A DNA stretch of 64,000 nucleotides, from positions 496,001-560,000 of the forward strand of contig JAPDFW010000103.1 of NCBI GenBank assembly GCA_028826165.1. Direction: 5' to 3'. The translations under genes and the position numbers were made by a program. Source of the stretch: Anaeramoeba ignava BMAN. Lineage: Eukaryota; Protista; Anaeramoebae. Of this stretch, positions 13,421 through 24,780 are shown piece by piece; the stretch's first letter is position 1, and each line of letters starts with the position of its first letter. Below the pieces are notes generated by a model. It did no database searches. It was not told the origin of the DNA and worked only from the letters and a program-made list of their open reading frames with translations.

Positions 13421-16400
13421 ATAGATCATCAAACAGAAAGATCAAAAAGACATACATTAACAATTGAAATTAGTAAGAAAAAAAAAGAAAATCATATTAT
13501 GAAAAGAAGATTTTTGATAAATGAACCAAATTCATCAAAAATTGAAGAAAATGAAAAAAATAATCAATTAAATTTAAATGAAAAAGTAATTTTAAATTTT
13601 AAATCCAAAAAATTAATTAAAAAAATTAATTAAAAAAAATTCAACGGTTATTTTAGATTGAAAAATTATCTAAATTTGTTGATGGAATTCGTTCAAATGA
13701 TATTGAAACTAGTTTTAATTCTCTTGTTGAAATTAGAAAACTTCTTTCAACAAATAAAAATCCACCAATTAATTCTATTATTCAACAAGGAATTGTTCCA
13801 GATTTAGTTCAATTTTTAAAATCAAATCACAAAGAATTTCAGGTTTTTTATTTAAAATTAAAATTAAAATTAAAATTCATTTATAAAATTAAAATTAAAA
13901 TTAAAATTAATTTAAAAATTAAAATTAAAATTAAAATTAAAATCAAAATTAAAATCAATTTAAAAAATTAAAATTAAAATTAAAATTAAAATTAAAATTA
14001 AAATCAAAATTAAAATTAAAATTAAAATCAAAATTAAAATCAAAATAATTCAAATTCAAAATTAAAATTAAAATTAAAATTAAAATTAAAATTAAAATCA
14101 AAATCAAAATCAAAATCAAAATTAAAATCAAAATCAAAATTAAAATCAAAATCAAAATCAAAATCAAAATCAAAATCAAAATCAAAATCAAAATCAAAAT
14201 CAAAATCAAAATCAAATTCAAAATCAATTTAAAAAATTAAAATCAATTAAAAAATCAAAATTAAAATTAAAATTAAAATCAAAATTAAAATTAAAATCAA
14301 AATTAAAATTAAAATCAAAATTAAAATTAAAATCAAAATTAAAATTAAAATCAAAATTAAAATCAATTTAAAAAATTAAAATTAAAATCAAAATCAAAAT
14401 CAATTTAAAAAATTAAAATTAAAATGAAAAATTTAAATAATTCAGTTTCAAGCTGCTTGGTCTTTAACAAATATTGCAAGCGGAACTTCAGAACAAACTC
14501 GAATTGTTGTTGATTCTGGTACAATCCCCATTTTTATTACTCTCTTAGATTCAGATTCTGAAGATATTCGAGAACAAGTTATTTTCAAATCAATTTAAAA
14601 TTTAAATCAAAAAAAATTACTTAAAATGAAAATCAAAAAATTTTTTTAAATTTTTATATCAACATCAAATAAACATAAATACCACGAAAACAATAAAATC
14701 AATACAGGCAGTTTGGGCACTTGGAAATTTTGCAGGAGACAACCTCAATTATAGAGATGAAATTATAAATAATTCAAATACAATCAATTCAATATTGAAA
14801 ATTTTGCAGAATTCCAGTAAAGTTTCTGTTATAAGAAATACCACATGGGCAATATCAAATCTTTGTAGAGGAGATCCGTACCCTAACTTCCAAATATTCA
14901 AGCCACTCTTAGATACTCTGGTTAAGCTATTAAATTATAATAATAAAGAAATCAAAATTGATATATTGTGGAGTTTATCTTATTTAGCTTCTTCTTCTTC
15001 TGAGGCTATTGATTCAATTCTGATAACTGGAGTTTGTCAAACTATTGTTGATCTTCTTGTGTTTGTGATCATTATTTATTAAATTAATTTTTATTAAACA
15101 AAGAAATTCAAACAAAAAAAATAACATTTTGGAAAATGAGAAAAAAAATTTTCAAGAAAAAAAAATAATCATTTTCAAAGGGAAAAAATAATTCTAAGAC
15201 AAGAAAAAAATTAATGGAATATTTTAATTAAAGTATTTGTGATTGAATATTAATGAAGTTTATTTTATTGAATGTATACAGATTTAATTCAATTTTAATA
15301 CAAGCACCAGCATTAAGAACAATTGGAATATTTGTTTCAAGTAATGACAAAAATACTCAATATGCTCTTGAGTGTAATCTTCTTCCAAATCTTATTCCTC
15401 TTTTAAGAAGTAGTAGGATTTCTATTAGAAATGAAGCTTGTTGGGTTATTTCTAATATTACTGCTGGAAATAAAAAACAAATTCAAATTGTTATTAATTC
15501 TCAAATTATTTATACTCTTTTTAAAATTATTGAAAATGATGAGTTTCCTGTTAAAAAAGAAGCTATTTGGAGTCTTTCAAATATTATTTATTGTGGAGAT
15601 GAAGAGCAAGCAAGGTAGATTATTCAAAATCAATTCAAAATCAATTTAAATTAAAAATCAAATTAAAATTAATTTAAATTCAAAATCAATTTAAAATTAA
15701 AAATCAAATTTAAATTAATTTAAATTAAAAATCAAATTAAAATTAATTTAAATTCAAAATCAATTCAAAATCAATTTAAAATTAAAAATCAAAATTAATT
15801 TAAAATTCAAAATCAATTTAAAATTAAAATCAATTTAAAATTCAAAATCAATTTAAAATTCAAAATTAATTTAAATTCAAAATCAATTTAAAATTAAAAA
15901 TTCAAAATCAATTTAAAATCAAATTAAAATTAAAAATCAAATTTAAAATCAATTTAAAATTTAAAATTCAAAATCAATTCAAAATTAAAAATTCAAAATT
16001 AATTTAAAATTAAAATCAATTTAAAATTAAAAATTCAAAATCAATTTAAAATCAAATTAAAATTAAAAATCAAATTTAAAATCAATTTAAAATTCAAAAT
16101 TAATTTAAAATTCAAAATCAATTTAAAATTTAAAATTTAAAATCAATTTAAAATTCAAAATTTAAAATAAATTCAAAATCAATTTAAATTCAAAATTTAA
16201 AATAAATTCAAAATCAATTTAAAATCAATTTAAATTCAAAATCAATTTAAAATTCAAAATTAATTTAAATTTAATTTAAAATTAAAAATTAAGTTATCTT
16301 GTAAAAATTGGATGTGTTCAAATTTTTTGTGATATGTTAATTTACGAAGACACAAAATTACTTTATATTATTCTTGAATCACTTGAAATTCTTTTAAAAA

Positions 16401-16645
16401 TTGGACAAAAATTTTCAATTGAAGAAGAGAATCCAATTGTTTCATTAATAGAAGAATGTGATGGTGTTTCAAAATTAGAAAAATTACAAAAAAATCAAAA
16501 TGAATCAGTTTATTCAAAAGCTTCAGATTTAATTTCAACATATTTTGGTGGAATTGATATTGATGATTCTTCTCCTTTGTTTGATGATTTAAATTTTTCT
16601 GAAATGGAATCTTATTTTAATTCAAATCAAAATTTTGATATTTAA
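13421..16645 (+). CDS. KPNA: Importin subunit alpha (karyopherin alpha); start codon not resolved
   Basis: IBB-like [30 protein letters not shown], then exons encoding [71 protein letters not shown] and [28 protein letters not shown] introns. Confidence 0.92.
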
Positions 16646-16709
16646 TTTTGATTTTCTTTTCAAAATGTTAAAAAAAGAAACAATTTAAAAATTTAAAAAA
16701 TAAAATTTT

Positions 16710-18230
16710 TGGATTTTGATTTTGAATTTCATTTTGATTTTGAATTTGATTTTGATTTTGATTTGATTTAGATTTTTATTTTGATTTTGATTTTGATTTT
16801 GATTTTGATTTTGATTTTAATTTTAATTTTAATTTTAATTTTAATTTTGATTTTAATTTTAATTTTGATTTTGATTTTGATTTTGATTTAGATTTTTATT
16901 TTGATTTTCATTTTGATTTTGAACTAATTTTGAATTTTGATTTTGATTTTGATTTTGAATTTGATTTAGATTTTGAATTTGATTTTGATTTTTGAATTTG
17001 AATTTGATTTTGATTTTGATTTTGAATTAAATTTTGATTTTAATTTTGAATTAAATTTTGATTTTAATTTTGAATTTGATTTTGATTTTGATTTTGATTT
17101 TTGAATTTGAATTTGAATTTTGATTTTTATTTTGATTTTGATTTTGATTTTAATTTTAAATTGGATTTTGATTTTGATTTTAATTTTGATTTTAATTTTG
17201 ATTTTTATTTTGAATTTGAATTTTGATTTTGATTTTGATTTTGATTTTAATTTTGATTTTGATTTTGATTTTGATTTTGATTTTGATTTTGATTTTGATT
17301 TTGAATTTGATTTTGATTTTCATTTTTATTTTGAATTTTGATTTTGAATTTTGAATTTGATTTTTATTTTTATTTGGATTTTGATTTTGATTTTGATTTT
17401 GATTTTGATTTTTATTTTTATTTTGATTTTGAATTTTATTTTTATTTTTGATTTTGATTTTGATTTTGATTTTGATTTTGATTTTGATTTTGATTTTGAT
17501 TTTGATTTTGATTTTGATTTTGATTTTGATTTTGATTTTGATTTTGATTTTGATTTTGAATTTTGATTTTTATTTTTGATTTTGATTTTTATTTTGATTT
17601 TGATTTTGATTTTGAATTTTGATTTTGATTTTAATTTTGATTTTAATTTTTTTTAAATTTGATTTTGATTTTGATTTTGATTTTGATTTTGATTTTGATT
17701 TTGAATTTTGATTTTGAATTTTGATTTTCATTTTTATTTTGAATTTGATTTTAAATTTGATTTTGATTTTGATTTTGATTTTGATTTTGATTTTGATTTT
17801 GAATTTTGATTTTGAATTTTGAATTTGATTTTTATTTTTATTTGGATTTTGATTTTGATTTTGATTTTGATTTTGATTTTAAATTTTGATTTCAATTTTG
17901 ATTTTAATTTTTGATTTTTTAATTTTTGATTTTAATTTTGATTTTGAATATTTTGATTTTATTTTTATTTTGATTTTGAATTTGATTTAGATTTTATTTT
18001 GATTATTTTGAATTTTTGATTTTGATTTTGAATTTTTTGATTTTGATTTTATTTTGATTTTATTTTAAATTTTTTTTGATTTTGATTTTTTGATTTTGAT
18101 TTTGATTTTGATTTTGATTTTGATTTAGATTTTGATTTTGATTTTCATTTTGATTTTGAATTTGATTTAGATTTTGATTTTGATTTTGATTTTGATTTTG
18201 AATTTGATTTTGAATTTGAAATTGATTTTG
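16710..18230. repeat. (ATTTTG)n hexamer microsatellite between convergent 3' ends
   Basis: Directly visible; the same hexamer occurs at ~8070-8260, 21248-21540 and 27150-28600. Confidence 0.9.
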
Positions 18231-18234
18231 AAAA

Positions 18235-21112
18235 TTAGAAATAATTTCGGATTGCTTTTGCAAATGGAATTGATGCATCAACAATAATAAATTTATCAGA
18301 TTCTTTAACTAATTTGATTTGACTCATTGGATGTGAATTAGTTGTAATAATTTTAGTAATTTTAGAATCAATTAATTTTTGGCAAACTGCTTCTGAAGTA
18401 ATTGCAAAATGTGAAATAACTGTATAAATTGATAATGCTCCATTATTTAAATAAGCATCAACTGCATGAAATAATGTTCCTCCACTTCTAATCATATCAT
18501 CATAAATAATAACATGCATTCCTTTAACTTCTCCAATTACTTCATGAACTTCAGTTTCTTCCATTTTTCTTGTTTTTCGAACAAATGCAACTGGTGTGTT
18601 ATTGAATTTCTTTGAATATGATGAAACCCATGCTGTTCTTCCTAAATCTGCTGATGCAAACATAAAAGTTCCTGGTTCTAAATTTAATTTTCTAACTCCT
18701 TCTGCAAGAATTTGTTCTCCATAAACTTCAAATGCAATTGTTGACTTTTTAATTTTAATTTTGAATATTTTAGATATTTTGGATATTTTAGATATTTTAA
18801 ATATTTTAGATATTTTGGATATTTTGGATATTTTAGATATTTTGAATATTTTGAATATTTTGAATATTTTGAATATTTTGAATATTTTGAATATTTTGAA
18901 TATTTTGGATATTTTAAATATTTTAGATATTTTAAATATTTTGAATATTTTGAATATTTTGAATATTTTGGATATTTTGGATATTTTGGATATTTTGAAT
19001 ATTTTGAATATTTTGAATATTTTGAATATTTTGGATATTTTAGATATTTTGAATATTTTGAATATTTTAGATATTTTAGATATTTTGGATATTTTGAATA
19101 TTTTGAATATTTTGGATATTTTGGATATTTTGAATATTTTAAATATTTTGAATATTTTGGATATTTTAGATATTTTGGATATTTTAAATATTTTGAATAT
19201 TTTGAATATTTTGAATATTTTAGATATTTTGGATATTTTAGATATTTTAAATATTTTAGATATTTTGGATATTTTAGATATTTTGAATATTTTGAATATT
19301 TTGAATATTTCATTTAAATTTAAATTTATTTTAATTTAAATAAAAGTCAAATAAAAGTAAAATAATAAAATTGAAATGTTTTTGTTTGATTGTTATTATT
19401 AAATAAAGAATTAAATTACTTCAAAATAATGGACAATTCCAGAAACATGAAGATCAAATAAGAAAAATATATTTCCTTCTCCATCTTTTGGGATTGAACT
19501 TAAAATTCTACAATTTGTTTTGCAAGTTACAACCTATTATTTAATTTTAATTTTAATTTTTAATTTTAATTTCAATTTTAATTTTAATTTTAATTTTAAT
19601 TTGAATTTTAATTTTAATTTTAAATTTTAATTTTAATTTTAATTTTAATTTTAAATTTAATTTAAATTTTAATTTTAATTTTAAATTTTAATTTTAATTT
19701 TAATTTTAATTTTATTTTTAATTTTAATTTTAATTTTATTTTTAATTTTAATTTTAATTTTAATTTTAATTTTAATTTTAATTTTTAATTTTGATTTTAA
19801 TTTTAATTTTAATTTTAATTTACCTCTCCTGATTTTGTTGCTCTTTCCAGTAATCAATAAAAAAATGGAAAAATAAAATTCCATTAATTATATCAAGGAA
19901 AAAAATATTTGGATAATAATATTATTAGTATTAATATTATTTGAAAATTATTATTATTATTATTTAAATTAAAGAATGAAATTAAAATAAAGGATATTTG
20001 TTGAATAACCCATAAATGGAATAACAAAAATTCTTCTTCTAGTTCCATAAGCAGAAAGAGCCATTCCAACACGAACAAGTTCTAAAAAGTCACTATCATA
20101 AGCAGTTGAAGAAACAAAAATAACAGTTTTATCAAGAAGATCAGATTTCTTATCAACATCAACTCTATAATATTCTTCTCCACCAGCAAATTGCTATTTA
20201 AAATATTATTTAGAATATTTAGAATATTTAGAATATTTAGAATATTTAGAATATTTAGAATATTTAGAATAATTAATATTATTTAGAATATTTAGAATAA
20301 TTAATATTATTTAGAATATTTAGAATATTTAATATTATTTAGAATATTTAATATTATTTAGAATATTAAGAATATTTAGAATATTTAGAATATTTAGAAT
20401 ATTTAATAATATTTAGAATATTTAATATTATTTAGAATATTTAGAATATTTAGAATATTTAGAATATTTAATATTATTTAGAATATTTAGAATATTTAGA
20501 ATATTTATAATATTTAGAATATTTAATATTATTTAGAATATTTAGAATATTTAATAATATTTAGAATATTTAGAATATTAAGAATATTAAGAATATTAAG
20601 AATATTTAGAATATTTAGAATATTTAGAATATTTAGAATATTTAGAATATTTAGAATATTTAGAATATTTAGAATATTTAGAATATTTAGAATATTTAGA
20701 ATATTTAGAATATTATTTAGAATATTTAATATTATTTAGAATATTTAGAATATTTAGAATATTAATTAAAATTATTTCAATAATATTTAACATTCCAAAT
20801 TTTCATTATTCCAATTTTAAATTAAAAAAGGAAAAAAAGAAAAGAAAAAGGAAAAAAAAAAGGAAAAAAGGGGATAATGTTTGAAACAAAATAAACTCAA
20901 AATATAATCAAGAATATTACTTTTCTATCCATTGCAACTCTTTCAAAATTATCTGTTCCTAACTTTTCAAGTAAAAGATCTGCAAAGTATTCCCCACTTT
21001 TAGTTGAAAGTATCATCACTTTATTTTTACCATTCTTTTTTTGAATTATTGGTGATTTTGGTTCAATTTCAGTTTCAATTTTAGTTTCAATTTTAGTTTT
21101 TTCGTCTGACAT
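18235..21112 (-). CDS. prs: Ribose-phosphate pyrophosphokinase (PRPP synthetase), bacterial-like, copy 1; 5 exons
   Basis: Exons 21112-20921, 20193-19998, 19849-19824, ~19533-19420, 18744-18235 give ...[11 protein letters not shown]...[34 protein letters not shown]...[15 protein letters not shown]...ASADLGR...[13 protein letters not shown] (PRPP-binding loop). Confidence 0.92.
19850..19997 (-). other. AT-AC (U12-type, minor spliceosome) intron, 148 nt, in PRPS copy 1
   Basis: On the minus strand it starts ATATCCTTT, contains TTTTCCTTGAT and ends TTAC. Removing it fuses A+TG and restores GYST-M-ERA in frame. Confidence 0.88.
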
Positions 21113-21543
21113 TTAATTTAACTTTAATTCTTATTGAAAGCAAAAAAATGAAAAGAAAAAATGAAAAAAATTTTGTTTTTCTTTTTGTTTCTTTTTCTTT
21201 TTTTTTGGAATTATGTAGTAGAAAAATATTAAAAGAATAAAAGAATTTTGATTTTGAATTTGATTTTGATTTTGATTTTGATTTTGAATTTGAATTTGAT
21301 TTTGATTTTGATTTTGATTTTGATTTTGATTATGATTTTGATTTTGATTTTAATTTTAATTTTGATTTTGATTTTGATTTTGATTTTTGATTTGAATTTT
21401 GATTTTGAATTTGATTTTGATTTTGATTTTGATTTTGATTTTGATTTTAATTTTAATTTTAATTTTGATTTTGATTTTGATTTTGATTTTGATTTTGATT
21501 TTGATTTTGATTTTGATTTTAATTTTGATTTTGATTTTGAAAA

Positions 21544-24500
21544 TTAGAAATAATTTCGGATTGCTTTTGCAAATGGAATTGATGCATCAACAATAATAAA
21601 TTTATCAGATTCTTTAACTAATTTGATTTGACTCATTGGATGTGAATTAGTTGTAATAATTTTGGTAATTTTAGAATCAATTAACTTTTGACAAACTGCT
21701 TCTGAAGTAATTGCAAAATGTGAAATAACTGTATAAATTGATAATGCTCCATTATTTAAATAAGCATCAACTGCATGAAATAATGTTCCTCCACTTCTAA
21801 TCATATCATCATAAATAATAACATGCATTCCTTTAACTTCTCCAATTACTTCATGAACTTCAGTTTCTTCCATTTTTCTTGTTTTTCGAACAAATGCAAC
21901 TGGTGTGTTGTTGAATTTCTTTGAATATGATGAAACCCATGCTGTTCTTCCTAAATCTGCTGATGCAAACATAAAAGTTCCTGGTTCTAAATTTAATTTT
22001 CTAACTCCTTCTGCAAGAATTTGTTCTCCATAAACTTCAAATGCAATTGTTGACTTTTTAATTTTAATTTTGAATATTTTAGATATTTTGGATATTTTAG
22101 ATATTTTAAATATTTTAGATATTTTGAATATTTTGAATATTTTGAATATTTTGAATATTTTGGATATTTTAGATATTTTGGATATTTTAAATATTTTGGA
22201 TATTTCATTTAAATTTAAATTTATTTTAATTTAAATAAAAGTCAAATAAAAGTAAAATAATAAAATTGAAATGTTTTTGTTTGATTGTTATTATTAAATA
22301 AAGAATTAATTTACTTCAAAATAATGGACAATTCCAGAAACATGAAGATCAAATAAGAAAAATATATTTCCTTCTCCATCTTTTGGGATTGAACTTAAAA
22401 TTCTACAATTTGTTTTGCAAGTTACAACCTATTATTTAATTTTAATTTTAATTTTAATTTTAATTTTAATTTTAATTTTAATTTTAATTTTAATTTTAAT
22501 TTTAATTTTAATTTAAATTTAAATTTTAATTTTAATTTTAATTTTAATTTTAATTTTAATTTTAATTTTAATTTTAATTTTAATTTTAATTTTTAATTTT
22601 AATTTAAATTTTAATTTTAATTTTAATTTTAATTTTTAATTTTAATTTTAATTTTAATTTACCTCTCCTGATTTTGTTGCTCTTTCCAGTAATCAATAAA
22701 AAAATGGAAAAATAAAATTCCATTAATTATATCAAGGAAAAAAATATTTTATTTGGATAATAATATTATTAATATTAATATTATTTGAAAATAATTATTA
22801 TTATTATTATTTAAATTAAAGAATGAAATTAAAATAAAGGATATTTGTTGAATAACCCATAAATGGAATAACAAAAATTCTTCTTCTAGTTCCATATCCA
22901 GAAAGAGCCATTCCAACACGAACAAGTTCTAAAAAGTCACCATCATAAGCAGTTGAAGAAACAAAAATAACAGTTTTATCAAGAAGATCAGATTTCTTAT
23001 CAACACCAATTCTATAATATTCTTCTCCACCAGCAAATTGCTATTTAAAATATTATTTAGAATATTTAGAATATTTAGAATATTTAGAATATTTAGAATA
23101 TTTAATAATATTTAGAATATTTAGAATATTTAGAATATTTAATAATATTTAGAATATTAATTCAAATTATTTAGAATATTTAGAATATTTAATAATATTT
23201 AGAATATTTAGAATATTAATTCAAATTATTTAGAATATTTAGAATATTTAAAATATTTAGAATATTTAGAATATTTAGAATATTTAATAATATTTAGAAT
23301 ATTTAGAATATTTAGAATATTAATAATATTTAGAATATTTAGAATATTTAGAATATTTAGAATATTTAATAATATTTAGAATATTTAATAATATTTAGAA
23401 TATTTAATATTATTTAGAATATTTAATATTATTTAGAATATTTAATATTATTTAGAATATTTAATAATATTTAGAATATTTAGAATATTTAATATTATTT
23501 AGAATATTAAGAATATTTAATATTTAGGAATATTTAGAATATTAAGAATATTTATAATATTATTATTTAGAATATTTAGATTATTTAGAATATTTAATAT
23601 TATTTAGAATATTTAGAATATTTAATAATATTTAGTATTATTTAGTATTATTTAGAATATTTTAGAATATTTAATAATATTTAGAATATTTAGAATATTA
23701 TTTAGAATATTTAGAATATTTAGAATATTTAGATTATTTAGAATATTTAGATTATTTAGAATATTTAATAATATTTAGAATATTTTAGAATATTTAGAAT
23801 ATTTAGATTATTTAGAATATTTAATATTATTTAGAATATTTAGAATATTTAGAATATTTAGAATATTTTAAAATTATTTAGAATATTTAATATTATTTAG
23901 AATATTTTAGAATATTTAGAATATTTAGAATATTTAATATTATTTAGAATATTTAAAATTATTTAAAAATATTTAGAATATTTAGAATATTTAGAATATT
24001 TTAAATATTTAATATTATTTAGAATATTTAATAATATTTAGAATATTTAATATTTAAGAATATTTAGAATATTTAATATTATTTAGAATATTTAATAATA
24101 TTTAGAATATTTAGAATATTTAGAATATTTAGAATATTTAGAATATTTAGAATATTTAATAATATTTAGAATATTTAGAATATTAAGAATATTAAGAATA
24201 TTTTGAATATTATTTAGAATATTTTGAATATTATTTAAAATTATTTCAATAATATTTAACATTCCAAATTTTCATTATTCCAATTTTAAATTAAAAAAAA
24301 AATAAAAGAAAAAGGGAAGGAAAAAAAAAGGAAAAAAGGGGATAATGTTTGAAACAAAATAAACTCAAAATCTAATCAAGAATATTACTTTTCTATCCAT
24401 TTCAACTTTTTCAAAATTATCTGTTCCTAACTTTTCAAGTAAAAGATCTGCAAAGTATTCCCCACTTTTAGTTGAAAGTATCATTGTTTTACTTTTGCAA

Positions 24501-24580
24501 TTCTTTTTTTGAATTATTGGTGATTTTGGTTCAATTTCAGTTTCAATTTTAGTTTCAATTTTAGTTTTTTCGTCTGACAT
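21544..24580 (-). CDS. prs: Ribose-phosphate pyrophosphokinase, tandem copy 2; 5 exons
   Basis: Same exon structure as copy 1. The last exon is protein-identical with synonymous changes; exons 1-2 have several amino-acid changes. Confidence 0.92.
22689..22844 (-). other. AT-AC (U12-type) intron, 156 nt, in PRPS copy 2
   Basis: Same ATATCCTTT donor, TTCCTTGAT branch motif and TTAC acceptor as copy 1. Confidence 0.88.
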
Positions 24581-24780
24581 TTAATTTAACTTTAATTCTG
24601 GTTAAAAACAAAAGGAAAAGAAAAAATGAAAAAGAGAAAATAAAAGAGAAAATAAAAAGAAAGTTTTTTTTTTGCTTTTTTTTGTTTTTTTTTTTGATCT
24701 ATTAAATTAAAATTAAATAAACAAATTAAAAAAAAGAGAAAAAAAAATTTTTTGGTTTTGTTTTTGTTTCTTTTTTGTTT

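Noticed and set aside
13955-18284. IL/DF/QN dipeptide-repeat ORFs (also at 21248-21596 and the plus-strand ORFs at 27146-28645)
   Set aside because: Stop-free frames of ATTTTG/ATTTTA hexamer microsatellites
18684-19339. 209-aa (KYSKYL) and 192-aa (ILNILD) ORFs
   Set aside because: Translations of the 10-bp repeat in PRPS intron 4; copy 2 has a much shorter tract
19824-20010. Alternative GT-AG splice (G|GTTATT ... GAAAG|) for PRPS intron 2
   Set aside because: It would delete the conserved YSTMER residues, whereas the AT-AC solution keeps them and has full U12 consensus signals in both copies
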